Source of the DNA: Planctomycetota bacterium
Lineage (GTDB): Bacteria; Planctomycetota; JAJSAM01; JAJVHW01
Length of the DNA stretch: 64,000 nucleotides
Assembly (NCBI GenBank): GCA_021414065.1
Contig: JAIOPE010000047.1
Coordinates: forward strand, 46,272-110,271
Direction: 5' to 3'
The notes beneath the pieces were generated by a model. It saw only the letters and a list, made by a program, of their open reading frames with translations, was not told the DNA's origin and searched no databases. Of the stretch, positions 32,672-42,916 are shown piece by piece. The translations under genes and the position numbers were made by a program. The first letter of the stretch is position 1, and each line of letters opens with the position of its first letter.

Positions 32672-35305
32672 TCACACCGAGAGGCGTTCTCGCACGACCG
32701 CCGCATCCTCGATCCGCCCCGCGGACGAGAGGATCGCGGCGGTCCGTTGCAATCCCTGGCGCCACGCGGGCCGGCCCAACCACCCGCGGGACGTCATCGT
32801 GTCCAAGGCACCGCCGGCGAACGCGACGGCCTCGTCGAGGCGCCCCGCCGCCGCCCGGATCGCAGACAGACGAACCAGCGCGGCGCAGCGGTCGTCGTCA
32901 CCCGCGGCCCCGAACGCCTCCGCGATCCGGATGACGTCGGCATACGCATCCGCGGCCGCGACGTCGTCGCCGCAGCCGACGAGCGCGTTCCCGAGGCGGC
33001 ATCCGAGCGCGCAGACCGTGCTATCGGACTCCCCGTAGACGCGCTTCCACGTCGCCATGCAGTCGCGCGCGAGCGACGCCGCCTCCGCGAAGCACCGGCA
33101 CGCCGTGAGGGCCGTGACCCGGTGCGCCGCGGTGATCAGCGTGGACTTGTGCTCCGGCCCGAGGACCTCTTGCGAGATCGCGAGCGCTTCGGCGAGCAGC
33201 GCCTCCGCGGCGCGCGGATCGCCGCGGTCGGTCAGGCTCGTCGCGAGGTTCACGCGGGCGACGTTCGTCCGAGGATGACGTGCGCCGAGCGTGCGGCAAC
33301 GGACGTCGAACACCTGCTGCAGGAGCGCGAGGGCCTCGGGCGACGAGCGATCGCGGTTGCGAATCGCCTGCGCGAGGTTCGCGAGGGTCGTGACCGTGTC
33401 CGCGTGATCCGGCCCGAGCTTCGTCGTGGCGCGTTCGAGGAGATCGCGGCTGAGCGCCTCCGATTCCTCGAAGCGACCGGCCGCGTTGGCGATTCGGGAC
33501 ATCACGGACGTGAAGGAGAACCACAGCTCGCCGCCGGGCTCCGCCGTGCGTTCGATCGTCGCGGCGAGCGCGCGCGCCCGGCGCTCCGCTTCCGCGCGGT
33601 CGCCGCCGTCGAAGAGCACCGTGAGCTGGTAGACCTGCGCCTCCAGCGCGGCGCGCGCATCCGGCCCGTGCGCTCGCGCCGACGCCTCGATGCACGCCTC
33701 GCCCGTGCGACGACTGTCCGCGAACCGGCCGAGCCCGTAGTGGACGGCCGAGATCTTCCCGAGGATCTCCGCGACGACGGCCGGCCGCCCGGCGAAGTCG
33801 CGTAGCACGTCGGTCTCGGCCCGGGCGAGCACGTCGGCGACGCGCACGTTGCGATCGCCGGTCGAAGGGTCGGCCGTGCCGAGGAGTTGCGTGAGGAACG
33901 AGACCACGTCGTTCGCGGTGTCGCGCTCGGCCTCGGCGCGCGCCCGTTGCGCATCCGCTTCGCGACGGGACCGCTCCGACTCCTCGCGGGCGGCCTGCGC
34001 CTCGGCCTCGTTCCGTTCCGCGCGCAGCACCGCGGATCTGAGCTCCTCGTTCCGCGCCTGCTGCTCGACGAGAATCTCGGTGAGCGCACGGTTCCTCTTC
34101 ACCAGCCGCAGGCCGCGCTCGAGCACGCCCGCCCGGCGCGCCTTCACCTTCCGGCCGCCGAGGAACGCGCGCAGGTCCGCCGCGAGTGCGGCGGCCGACG
34201 CGTATCGCTTCGTGCGGTCCTTCTCGAGCGCGCAGAGGACGATCGTCTCCAAATCCGCCGGGACATCCGCCGCGATCTTCGACGGCGGCACCGGCTCCCA
34301 CGTCTGCACGCGGCGGAGGACTTCGTGCGGTGTCGGCCCGGGGAACGGGAACTGCAGCGTGAGCGCCTCGTAGAGCGTGGCACCGAGCGAGAAGACGTCG
34401 CTCCGGCCGTCGAGCGAGTCCGTGCCGCCGGCCGCCTGCTCGGGGCTCGCGTAGTGCGGCGTGCCGAGGAAGCCCCGCGAGAGCGTGAGCGAGCCTTCGT
34501 CTTCGACCGCGGCGAGACCGAAGTCGAGGAGCAACGCGAACCCGTCGGGGCGCAGCATCACATTCGAGGGCTTCACGTCGCGGTGGACCACGCCGTTCGC
34601 ATGAGCGTGCGCGAGCGCCTCGGCGACATCGAGAGCGACGTGAGCGACCGCGCGGGCCCACGACTTCCGCCAGCGTTCCGGCACCTCGCCGGCCACGCGA
34701 GCGGAGCGCGCGAACGTCGATCCGTCGCGCGCCGCGATCTCACCGGACGTCCGCGCCGACGCGATCGCCTGTCCGAGCGTGCAACCATCGACGTACGCCA
34801 TGGAGAACCACGGCTGCCCGTCGTCGCCGTCGAGCCCGTCGCCGATTCCGTGGATCGGAACGATGAGCGGATGCGACAGCCGGGCGATCGCCCGCGCCTC
34901 GCGGAGGAACCGGTCCTTCGACCTCGGCCCCGTGAGCCGCTGCGGGAGCACCTTGAGCGCGACAGTGCGCCCGAGCCGCCGGTCCCGTGCGAGGTAGACG
35001 TGCCCCATCCCGCCGCGTCCGATCTCGCGCAAGATGTCGTGCCCGGCGATCTGCAAGGGCGCCGCCGCGGGCAGGGCGCGGCCCGGCGACACCTCGCGCG
35101 CGATCGCCAGCATCTCGGCGACGCGATCGTTCAGGTCCGGGCGGCCGGGTGCGGCGGCGGCGACGTCGGGCTCGCGCCCCGCCGCGAGGTCCGCGATGAA
35201 GCCCGCGAGAACTCCGTCGAGCAGGGCTTCGTCCGGCCCGGCGTCTCCCCCGTCGTCATCGTCGGGCGACGGACCGGGCCGGCCCACCGCAGACACGCCC
35301 GTCAC
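32672..35305 (-). CDS. Ser/Thr protein kinase with C-terminal TPR repeats, STK8
   Basis: GTG start (VTGVSAVGRPGPSPDDDDGG...) overlapping the ECF-g stop (GTGA 35302-35305). GRGGMGHVYLA, HRDVKPSNVML, DFGLA. Confidence 0.8.
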   Translation of the reverse strand: MTGVSAVGRPGPSPDDDDGGDAGPDEALLDGVLAGFIADLAAGREPDVAAAAPGRPDLNDRVAEMLAIAREVSPGRALPAAAPLQIAGHDILREIGRGGMGHVYLARDRRLGRTVALKVLPQRLTGPRSKDRFLREARAIARLSHPLIVPIHGIGDGLDGDDGQPWFSMAYVDGCTLGQAIASARTSGEIAARDGSTFARSARVAGEVPERWRKSWARAVAHVALDVAEALAHAHANGVVHRDVKPSNVMLRPDGFALLLDFGLAAVEDEGSLTLSRGFLGTPHYASPEQAAGGTDSLDGRSDVFSLGATLYEALTLQFPFPGPTPHEVLRRVQTWEPVPPSKIAADVPADLETIVLCALEKDRTKRYASAAALAADLRAFLGGRKVKARRAGVLERGLRLVKRNRALTEILVEQQARNEELRSAVLRAERNEAEAQAAREESERSRREADAQRARAEAERDTANDVVSFLTQLLGTADPSTGDRNVRVADVLARAETDVLRDFAGRPAVVAEILGKISAVHYGLGRFADSRRTGEACIEASARAHGPDARAALEAQVYQLTVLFDGGDRAEAERRARALAATIERTAEPGGELWFSFTSVMSRIANAAGRFEESEALSRDLLERATTKLGPDHADTVTTLANLAQAIRNRDRSSPEALALLQQVFDVRCRTLGARHPRTNVARVNLATSLTDRGDPRAAEALLAEALAISQEVLGPEHKSTLITAAHRVTALTACRCFAEAASLARDCMATWKRVYGESDSTVCALGCRLGNALVGCGDDVAAADAYADVIRIAEAFGAAGDDDRCAALVRLSAIRAAAGRLDEAVAFAGGALDTMTSRGWLGRPAWRQGLQRTAAILSSAGRIEDAAVVRERLSV

Positions 35306-35973
35306 GCACCGCCCCCGCGCGACGCAGCCGAGTCGAGAGCGCGGAGCCGGTCGCGGTAGAGCGTCACGCCGCGCCGGAACCTGCGCCACGCCGCGGCGAG
35401 GTGGATTCCGAGGTCCGCTGCGATGCTCTCCATCGTGCGCCCCTCGAAGAGGTGCAGGCGGACGACCGGTTCGACGTCCGCCGGCAGTTCGTCGAGCGCA
35501 GCCAGCATGAGCCGCGACCGCTCGTTGTGCACCGCGATGCGCGACGGCGTCACGGAGCCGGCGGGCAGGATGTCGGCGAGCGACAGGCTCTCGGCCGGCT
35601 TGCGCTCGGAGAAGAGCGCCGCGCCGCGCTCCCCGCCGCGCTTCTCGGCGGACGCGGCGCGCGCCATGTCGCGCACGCGGTTCAGCGCGAGCGTCACGAT
35701 CCAGCGTCGGTACGCGGCGAGGTCCTCCCACGTGTGCGACTCACGGTCCCTCCACGCCGACGCGAGCGCCTCCTGCCAGACGTCTTCGGGCTCCATCCGC
35801 CCCCGCAACGCGGGCCCCATCGCCCGGGCGATCACGACGAGCATCGCATCCGGGCCGACGCTCTCGATGAGCGCGTCGAACCGGGCTGGGTCGCAGTGCG
35901 GGGCAGGGCCCACTTCACGCGCGGGCACGCCTGGCTCCGGCGGGTTTCCGGAGGATTGCGGCCGAATCTCCAT
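35302..35973 (-). CDS. ECF sigma factor (ECF-g)
   Basis: ATG 35973 preceded by AAGGAG (MEIRPQSSGNPPEP...HCDPARFDALIESVGPD...). PEDVWQEALASAWRDRESHTW; sigma-4 VVRLHLFEGRTMESIAADLGIHLAAAWRRFRRG. Confidence 0.8.
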   Translation of the reverse strand: MEIRPQSSGNPPEPGVPAREVGPAPHCDPARFDALIESVGPDAMLVVIARAMGPALRGRMEPEDVWQEALASAWRDRESHTWEDLAAYRRWIVTLALNRVRDMARAASAEKRGGERGAALFSERKPAESLSLADILPAGSVTPSRIAVHNERSRLMLAALDELPADVEPVVRLHLFEGRTMESIAADLGIHLAAAWRRFRRGVTLYRDRLRALDSAASRGGGA

Positions 35974-36029
35974 CAATCGTAAACTCCTTGCGGGATGGAC
36001 TTTACCGCTCGGTGTCGCGCCGCGCCGGA

Positions 36030-36060
36030 CGAAATCCGGAACTTCGACCGACACATCCGT
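36030..36060. promoter_or_regulatory. Conserved intergenic motif, copy 9 (GAAATCCGGAACTTCGACCGACAC)
   Basis: Between ECF-g and small gene 9. Confidence 0.4.
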
Positions 36061-36129
36061 ACCAGTCCGGCGCTGTTCAGTCCAGCGACGCAACGAGTGC
36101 GACGCAGAACACCAACAGGAGACGAGACG

Positions 36130-36768
36130 ATGAGCAAGCTCATGGCGACGAAGACGACGGTGAAGGCGGGCGGAAGCAGCCTCAACCACGCGGCGGCGGT
36201 CCGGTCGGCGGTCAAGGCCGGCGGACTCAGCACGATCAACCACGCGGCGGGTATCCGGTCCACGGTCAAGGCCGGCGGGCTCAGCAGCATCAATCACGCC
36301 GCGGGTGTCCGGTCCACGGTCAAGGCCGGTGGACTCAGCACCATCAACCACGCCGCGGCCGTGCGCTCGACCATCCGCAGCGGCGGCTGGGGCAACCACG
36401 CCGCGGTCGTGCGGTCCACGGTCAAGGCCGGCGGCGGCGGCAACAACCACGCGGCTGTCGTTCGCACCGAGATCCAGTCCGGCGGCTGGGCGAACCACGC
36501 CGCGGGCGTGCGTTCCTCGGTCAAGGCCGGCGGCCTCAACAGCGTCAACCACGCCGCGGGCGTGCGTTCGACCATCCGTAGCGGCGGCTGGAACAACCAC
36601 GCGGCCATCGTCCGCACGGCTGTCCAGTCCGGCGGATGGACGAACCACGCCGCGGGCGTGCGTTCCTCGGTGAAGGCGGGCGGGCTCAGCAGCATCAACC
36701 ACGCCGCGGGCGTGCGCTCGACCATCCGCAGCGGCGGATGGAGCAATCACGCGGCTCAGGTCCGCTGA
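36130..36768 (+). CDS. Small tandem-repeat protein 9 (212 aa; 17-18-aa repeat variant with GGL(S/N)xxI/GGW)
   Basis: caacAGGAGAcgagacgATG; MSKLMATKTTVKAGGSSL then NHAA.[VI]RS.[VI].[AS]GG repeats; ends NHAAQVR*. Confidence 0.8.
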   Translation: MSKLMATKTTVKAGGSSLNHAAAVRSAVKAGGLSTINHAAGIRSTVKAGGLSSINHAAGVRSTVKAGGLSTINHAAAVRSTIRSGGWGNHAAVVRSTVKAGGGGNNHAAVVRTEIQSGGWANHAAGVRSSVKAGGLNSVNHAAGVRSTIRSGGWNNHAAIVRTAVQSGGWTNHAAGVRSSVKAGGLSSINHAAGVRSTIRSGGWSNHAAQVR

Positions 36769-36775
36769 ACGCTGG

Positions 36776-39325
36776 TCACGCGAGGCGGGCGCGCAACAAC
36801 GGCGCCCGCCCGCCGCGCTCCTCGATGCGTCGCGCGACGCCCTCGACTTCGCTCCGGACCCGCGGGTCCGAGCAGAGGGCGAGGGCGTCGATCGCTGACG
36901 CCTCGGCCGCTGCGACGTCTCCCGCGAGGACTCGGGCGAACGCGAGCATCGCCGCCGACAGGCCGCGTTCGATCGCGTCGCCTGCGTCGATCCTTGCCGC
37001 CGACGCCACGGCTTCTTCGGCGACGGCGACGGCTCCCGCGATGTCGCCCGACTCGGCGCGCATCCGGCAGAGGTAGCGCAACACGACGCCGATCCGCACG
37101 TCGGTGGACGCATACACGCAGCGCCACGCGGCGACGGTCGCCTCCTCGATCGCCAGCGCTTCGGGGAGCCGCCCGAGCGCTCGCAGCATCCGCGCGTGGT
37201 TGTGCCGCGCGAGCAGCGTCACTTTGTGCTCCGGACCGAGCAGGTCGCATGCGATGGCGCACACCTCCGCCTGCAACGCCTCGGCCTCGACGATTCGTCC
37301 GGCGTCGAGGAGGTAGCCGGCGAGTGCGCCCGCCGTCCGGAACGTCTCCGGGTGGCGATCGCCGAGCACGCGGCGGCGCCCCTCGTAGCAGTGCGTGTAG
37401 AGCGCGCCGGTCTCCGGCGCGTCGTGGTGTCGCACCGAGATCGCGAAGCCGAGCATGTTCTCGCACGAGAGCGTGGTGAGGTGGTCCGGTCCGAGACCCG
37501 CGCGGCAACGCGCGAGGACGTCGCGGAGTTCCGGCTCCGATTCGTCGCGCCGATTCAGGAGCGTCAGCGCGAACCCGCGGGCGCTGCGCCACGCGAGCGT
37601 TCGTGCGTCGCCGGGACCGAACACGCGGCCGCCGATCGCAGCGAGCGCCGAGAACTCGGCCTCGGCGGCAGCTATCCGGCCCGTCTCGGCGAGGCACTCG
37701 GCGTAGATCTCGCGGACGTCGCAGGTGCGGCCGTGGTCGTCGCCGAAGGCACTCCGCGCTGCGACGAGCGCCCGTTCGGCGACGCGGCGGGCATCGGCGT
37801 ACCGGCCGAGACCGACGAGCGTGCGCGCGATCGTCACGTACAGATCCACCGCCACTTCCGGCCGCGCCGCGAACTTCGCCGCGGCGTCCGTCTCCGCACG
37901 CCCCAGGAGATCGGCCACACGCACGTCGCGCGCGCCCTGCGTCGGGTCGGCCGAAGCGAGCAGGTTCTGGAGGAACTGCACGACGTCCTTCGCGTTGTCG
38001 CGTTCGACGATCGCGCCGCGCCGCTCCCGGTCCGCCTCTTCCCGCGCCGCGCGCGCATCGGCTTCGTTTCGCTCGGCGCGCAACACCGCGGAGCGCAACT
38101 CCTCGTTGCGCGTCTGCTGCTCGACGAGCAGTTCCGTGAGTGCCCGGTGGCGCTTCACCATCCGGAGCCCGCGTTCGAAGACGCCCGCCCGGCGCGCGCG
38201 GACCGGCCCGCCGTCGAGGAACGCGCGCAGATCGTCGGCGAACGCCGCAGCCGACGCGTACCGCTTCGCGCGGTCCTTCTCGAGAGCGCAGAGGACGACC
38301 GTCTCCAGATCCTCCGGCACGTCGGCGGCGAGTTTCGACGGTGCCCGCGGGTCCCAGGTCTGGACGCGTCGCAGGATCTCCTGCGGCGTGGGCCCGGGGA
38401 ACGGGACGTCGAGCGTGAGCGCCTCGTAGAGCGTCGCGCCGAGTGAGAACACGTCGCTCTGCGCGTCGAGCGAGTCGGTCCCGCCCGCCGCCTGTTCGGG
38501 GCTCGCGTACTGCGGCGTTCCGAGGAACCCGTTCGTGAGCGTGAGCGGGCTCTCGTCTTCCACGTCGGCCAGCCCAAAGTCGAGCAGGAGCGCGAATCCG
38601 TCGGGGCGGAGCATCACGTTCGACGGCTTCACGTCGCGGTGGACGACGCCGTGCGCGTGAGCGTGCGCCAGCGCATCGGCGACGTCGATCGCCGCCTGCA
38701 CCACCGCTCGCACCCACGACTCCCGCCAGCGCTCCGGGGCGATCCCCGCGATGCCTGCGGCGCGTGCGAACGCGCTGCCGTCTCTCGAACCCCCGCCGCT
38801 CGCGCCGCGGACCGCCGAGAGCGCCTGCGAGAGCGTCCGGCCCTCGACGTACGCCATGGAGAACCAGGGCTGACCGTCGTCGCCGTCGAGTCCGTCGCCG
38901 ATGCCGTGGATCGGGACGATGAGCGGGTGCGAGAGTCGCGCGATCGCGCGCGCCTCGCGGAGGAACCGGTCCTTCGACTTCGGCCCCGTGAGACGCCGTG
39001 GCAGCACCTTCAGGGCGACCGTCCGCCCGAGGCGCAGATCCACGGCCAGGTAGACGTGCGCCATCCCGCCGCGTCCGAGTTCACGCACGACCCGGTGCCC
39101 CGCCACGATCGGTTGCGCCGCCGCGCCGCGCTTCGGAGCCACGTCTCGCGCGATCGCGAGCACCTCGCGGACCCGATCGCGCAGGTCGGGGCGTCCGGGG
39201 ACCGCCGCGTCGGGGTCGATGTCGCGACCGGCGGCGAGATCCGCCAGGAACCGGACCATGAGGCCGTCGAGCAGGGCGTCGTCGGGGTCGTCGCTCGCGT
39301 CGTCGGCGGCGCCTGCAGGAGTCAC
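36776..39325 (-). CDS. Ser/Thr protein kinase with C-terminal TPR repeats, STK9
   Basis: GTG start (VTPAGAADDASDDPDDALLDGL...) overlapping the ECF-h stop. GRGGMAHVYLA, HRDVKPSNVML, DFGLA. Confidence 0.8.
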   Translation of the reverse strand: MTPAGAADDASDDPDDALLDGLMVRFLADLAAGRDIDPDAAVPGRPDLRDRVREVLAIARDVAPKRGAAAQPIVAGHRVVRELGRGGMAHVYLAVDLRLGRTVALKVLPRRLTGPKSKDRFLREARAIARLSHPLIVPIHGIGDGLDGDDGQPWFSMAYVEGRTLSQALSAVRGASGGGSRDGSAFARAAGIAGIAPERWRESWVRAVVQAAIDVADALAHAHAHGVVHRDVKPSNVMLRPDGFALLLDFGLADVEDESPLTLTNGFLGTPQYASPEQAAGGTDSLDAQSDVFSLGATLYEALTLDVPFPGPTPQEILRRVQTWDPRAPSKLAADVPEDLETVVLCALEKDRAKRYASAAAFADDLRAFLDGGPVRARRAGVFERGLRMVKRHRALTELLVEQQTRNEELRSAVLRAERNEADARAAREEADRERRGAIVERDNAKDVVQFLQNLLASADPTQGARDVRVADLLGRAETDAAAKFAARPEVAVDLYVTIARTLVGLGRYADARRVAERALVAARSAFGDDHGRTCDVREIYAECLAETGRIAAAEAEFSALAAIGGRVFGPGDARTLAWRSARGFALTLLNRRDESEPELRDVLARCRAGLGPDHLTTLSCENMLGFAISVRHHDAPETGALYTHCYEGRRRVLGDRHPETFRTAGALAGYLLDAGRIVEAEALQAEVCAIACDLLGPEHKVTLLARHNHARMLRALGRLPEALAIEEATVAAWRCVYASTDVRIGVVLRYLCRMRAESGDIAGAVAVAEEAVASAARIDAGDAIERGLSAAMLAFARVLAGDVAAAEASAIDALALCSDPRVRSEVEGVARRIEERGGRAPLLRARLA

Positions 39326-39954
39326 GCGCCTCCTCCTAGAGGCAGGCGCGAAGCGGCTTCGAGCGCCACGAGGCGCTCGCGGTAGATCGTCACGCCCTTG
39401 CGCAGCCGCCGCCAGGCCGCCGCGAGGTGGATGCCGAGTTCCTCGGCGATCGACTCCATCGTGCGGTCCTCGAACAGATGGAGGCGCACGACCGGTTCGA
39501 CGTCGGCCGGCAGCTCGTCGAGCGCCGCGAGCATCAGGCGCGACCGCTCGTTGTGCTGCGCCACGCGCGACGGCGTGACCGACCCGGCCGGCAGGACGTC
39601 GGCGAGCGACACGCTCTCGGCCGGCTTCCGCTCGGAGAAGAGCCCGGTCGCGTTCTCGCCGCCGCGCTTCAGTCGCGACCCGGCCCGCGCCAGATCGTGG
39701 ATGCGGTTCTTCGCGATCACCACGAGCCAGCGCCGGTAGGCCGTCGGGCTCTCCCACGTGTGCGTCGCGCGGTCCTTCCACGCCGACGCCAGCGTCTCCT
39801 GCCAGACGTCCTCCGGCTCGAAGCGCCCGCGCAGCGCAGGACCCATCGCTCGCGCGATGATCACGAGGATCTCCTCCGGGCCGACGCTCTCGAGGAGCGC
39901 GTCGAACCGCGCGGGGTCCATGTGCGGCGGAAGGTCTGGGGAGGGTTCGGTCAT
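39322..39954 (-). CDS. ECF sigma factor (ECF-h)
   Basis: ATG 39954 (MTEPSPDLPPHMDPARFDALLESVGPE...). PEDVWQETLASAWKDRATHTW; sigma-4 VVRLHLFEDRTMESIAEELGIHLAAAWRRLRKG. Confidence 0.8.
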   Translation of the reverse strand: MTEPSPDLPPHMDPARFDALLESVGPEEILVIIARAMGPALRGRFEPEDVWQETLASAWKDRATHTWESPTAYRRWLVVIAKNRIHDLARAGSRLKRGGENATGLFSERKPAESVSLADVLPAGSVTPSRVAQHNERSRLMLAALDELPADVEPVVRLHLFEDRTMESIAEELGIHLAAAWRRLRKGVTIYRERLVALEAASRLPLGGGA

Positions 39955-40007
39955 GCGTAACCGTCGTAGGTACAGGAGGTTGACGCGGTGATCGCAGAGC
40001 GGCGGAA

Positions 40008-40042
40008 GAAATCTCCGGGAATCCGCGACGGATCCGGCGGCA
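40008..40042. promoter_or_regulatory. Conserved intergenic motif, copy 10 (GAAATCTCCGGGAATCCGCGACGG)
   Basis: Between ECF-h and small gene 10. Confidence 0.4.
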
Positions 40043-40110
40043 CACGTCGCTGGAACGGGTGTGGAGCGAGGAACGCTCCGCAGGAAACGAACCAACACGG
40101 AGAGATGACC

Positions 40111-40500
40111 ATGACGAGCACGAACAAGATGATGGTGAAGACAACGATCACGGCGGGCGGCGTGAAGATGAACCACGCGCCGGTGATCCGGTCCGGCGTC
40201 GCCGCAGGCGGCTACCGCATGAACCATGCGGCGCAGGTCCGCGCCACCGTGCGCGCCGGGGGCATCTCGATGAACCACGCCCCCGTGATCCGGTCCGGCG
40301 TCACGGCCGGCGGCCGGACGATGAACCACGCTGCGGCCGTGCGGTCCGGCGTCGCCGCGGGAGGCGCCCGGATGAACCACGCGGCTCAGGTCCGCGTGGC
40401 CATCCGAGCCGGCGGGCTCAAGATGAACCACGCCCCCGTGATCCGGTCCGGCGTCGCCGCGGGCGGCTTCCGCATGAACCACGCGACGTCGGCGCGCTGA
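40111..40500 (+). CDS. Small tandem-repeat protein 10 (129 aa)
   Basis: cacGGAGAGatgaccATG; MTSTNKMMVKTTITAGG then NHA..[VI]RSGV.AGG..M repeats; ends NHATSAR*. Confidence 0.8.
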   Translation: MTSTNKMMVKTTITAGGVKMNHAPVIRSGVAAGGYRMNHAAQVRATVRAGGISMNHAPVIRSGVTAGGRTMNHAAAVRSGVAAGGARMNHAAQVRVAIRAGGLKMNHAPVIRSGVAAGGFRMNHATSAR

Positions 40501-40504
40501 ACCG

Positions 40505-42916
40505 TCACGCGCCTCCACGCAGCGCGGCGGCGAGGAGTTCCTCCGCCGCGCTGCGGCTTCGTCCGCCCGACGGCTCCGCCTTGATCCACGCCGCGACGGC
40601 GCGGCGCGCGACGGACAACGTCTCCTCAGTCGGACCTTCCGCCGCCATGAGCACGCGCCCGAGTTGCGCGAGCGCGAAGCGCGCGTGATACGAGTCTTCG
40701 CCGAGCGTGCGCACCGAGGCCTCCGCGACGTGCCGCTGCGCGGAGACCGCTTCGGCGGCGCGGCCCAAGTCGAGGAGCACGCCGCAGAGGTTGTGCTCCG
40801 CGATGAGCGCCGACGGGTGATCCGGGCCGAGTCGCTCGCGCCCGCCATCGTACGCAGCGCGCAGTACGGGCTCCGCTTCCGCGAGCCGCCCGGCCTCCTT
40901 CAACGTCTGTCCGTACATCATGCACGACATCAGAGTGTCCGGGTGTGCGACGCCGAGGGCGCGCCGCCGCGACTCCCACGCCGCGCGCAGCACGTCGAGG
41001 GCTTCGTCGCGCCGAGCGCCGCGCGACAGCAGAAAACCGAGGTTGTGCGTCACGAGGAGCGTCGCCGGGTCGTCCGCGCCGAGCACGCGCGTGGACACGT
41101 CGAGGGCCCGCCGGAGGACGCCCTCCGCCTCCGGCATGCGCCCGGCGTCGCTCAGTCCCTGACCGTAGTCGCCGAGACACCGCGCCGTGGCCGGATGCTC
41201 CGGACCGAACACGCGCTCCGACGACTCCAGCGCCCGGCCGAGCGGCCCGAGCGCCGCCTCGATGTCGCCGCTCTCCCACAGCGTCTGCCCGTACGTCGTC
41301 TCCCACTCGATGCGAAGCGGATCGTCCGCGTCCAGCGCGCTCGTCGCCCGGGTGTGCGCATCGCGTGCCAGTTCAAGCCCCTCGCTGTACAGCCCGAGCC
41401 CGACGAGCGTCGAGACGATCGCCCGTTCGACCGAGAGCCGCAGTGCGGGGTCGGCGTCGAGCGACTGTCGGGCGCGCAGGGCGGCGCTGGTCAAGACGTC
41501 GGCCACACGGACGTCGCGTCCGGAGATCGAGGGGTCGGCAGACGACAGAGCATCTTCGAGGAATGAAAGCACCGTGCGGACCCGTGCGCTCTCCTCGCGC
41601 GACTTCCTCGCCTCGTCGTCGGCGCGGCGGCGCTCTTCCTCGGCCCGCTCCTGCGCCGCGCGCGCCGCGGCCTCCTCGCGTTCGGCACGGAGCACGAGCG
41701 CGCGCAACTCCGCGTTCCGGGCCTGCTGCTCGACGAGCAGGTCCGTCAGCGCGCGTCCGCGCTTCACGCTCCGCAGACCGCGTTCGAGGAGCCCGGCCCG
41801 CTTCGCCCGCACTCGTTTCCCGTCGAGCGCAGCACGGAGGTCGTCCGCGAACGCCGCCGCGGTCGCGTAGCGCTTCGCGCGGTCCTTCTCGAGAGCGGCG
41901 AGGATGACCGTCTCCAGGTCCTTCGAAACGCCGGCGTTCCGGGCCGACGGCGGTTCCGGCTCCCACGTCTGGATGCGACGCAGCACCTCGTGCGTGGTGG
42001 GCCCGGGGAACGGGAGCTCCAGCGTCAACGCCTCGTACAGCGTCGCGCCGAGCGAGAACACGTCCGACTGCGCGTCGAGGCTCGACGTCTCGCCCGCCGC
42101 CTGCTCGGGACTCGCGTAGTGCGGCGTGCCGACGAACCCGTGCGTCAGCGTGAGCGTGGCTTCGTCGTCCACCGACGCGAGTCCGAAGTCGAAGAGCAAC
42201 GCGAACCCGTCGCGGCGGAGCAACACGTTCGACGGCTTCACGTCGCGATGGACCACGCCGAGCCCGTGGGCGTAGGAGAGCGCATCGGCCACGTCGATCA
42301 CCGCCTGCACCGCGGCCCGCGTCCACGCGCCGGCCCACCGCTCCGGCGGTGTACCGGCAAAGCCCGCGCCCCGGGCGAAGTCCGCCCCGGTGAGCGCCGC
42401 CGGGTCGCGCCCGCGCACCGCGTGGATCGCGGAGGCGAGCGTCCCGCCCTCGACGTACGCCATCGTGAAGAACGGCTGCCCGTCGTCTTCGCCGAGGTCG
42501 TAGATGGGCACGATCAGCGGGTGCTGGAGACGCGCGACGGCCCGCGCCTCGCGCTGGAACCGATCGCGCGCCTTCCCCGCCGCGAGGCGCCGCGGGAGCA
42601 CCTTCAGCGCGACGGTGCGCCCGAGCTTCCGGTGGCGCGCGAGCAGCACCTGCCCCATCCCGCCGCGCCCGAGTTCACGGACGATCTCGTACCCGGCGAA
42701 CGTGGGCCGCTCCGGAGGCCGCCGCGGCGCGATCTCGCGCGCGATTTCGACGATTTCCACAACGCGAAAACGAAGGTCCGGGCGCTCCGGGAGGAGCAGC
42801 GCCGGATCGACGGCACGGCCATCCGAGAAGTCGCGCACGACGCGGTCGAGGAGCGCGTCCAGGAGCGCCTCGTCGTCGGATGTGCCAGGGTCGGAGGCTG
42901 CTCGGTCGTCCGTCAT
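40505..42916 (-). CDS. Ser/Thr protein kinase with C-terminal TPR repeats, STK10
   Basis: ATG start (MTDDRAASDPGTSDDEALLDALL...) overlapping the ECF-i stop (ATGA 42913-42916). GRGGMGQVLLA, HRDVKPSNVLL, DFGLA. Confidence 0.8.
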   Translation of the reverse strand: MTDDRAASDPGTSDDEALLDALLDRVVRDFSDGRAVDPALLLPERPDLRFRVVEIVEIAREIAPRRPPERPTFAGYEIVRELGRGGMGQVLLARHRKLGRTVALKVLPRRLAAGKARDRFQREARAVARLQHPLIVPIYDLGEDDGQPFFTMAYVEGGTLASAIHAVRGRDPAALTGADFARGAGFAGTPPERWAGAWTRAAVQAVIDVADALSYAHGLGVVHRDVKPSNVLLRRDGFALLFDFGLASVDDEATLTLTHGFVGTPHYASPEQAAGETSSLDAQSDVFSLGATLYEALTLELPFPGPTTHEVLRRIQTWEPEPPSARNAGVSKDLETVILAALEKDRAKRYATAAAFADDLRAALDGKRVRAKRAGLLERGLRSVKRGRALTDLLVEQQARNAELRALVLRAEREEAAARAAQERAEEERRRADDEARKSREESARVRTVLSFLEDALSSADPSISGRDVRVADVLTSAALRARQSLDADPALRLSVERAIVSTLVGLGLYSEGLELARDAHTRATSALDADDPLRIEWETTYGQTLWESGDIEAALGPLGRALESSERVFGPEHPATARCLGDYGQGLSDAGRMPEAEGVLRRALDVSTRVLGADDPATLLVTHNLGFLLSRGARRDEALDVLRAAWESRRRALGVAHPDTLMSCMMYGQTLKEAGRLAEAEPVLRAAYDGGRERLGPDHPSALIAEHNLCGVLLDLGRAAEAVSAQRHVAEASVRTLGEDSYHARFALAQLGRVLMAAEGPTEETLSVARRAVAAWIKAEPSGGRSRSAAEELLAAALRGGA

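Noticed and set aside
5502-40500. Regular 51-bp periodic direct repeats, initially reminiscent of a CRISPR-like array
   Set aside because: The repeats are contiguous with no unique spacers. They are degenerate (~70-85 % identity) and strictly in frame. They are preceded by an SD and ATG and conserved at the amino-acid level (NHAA.VR[ST].V.AGG). They are coding tandem repeats, not CRISPR.
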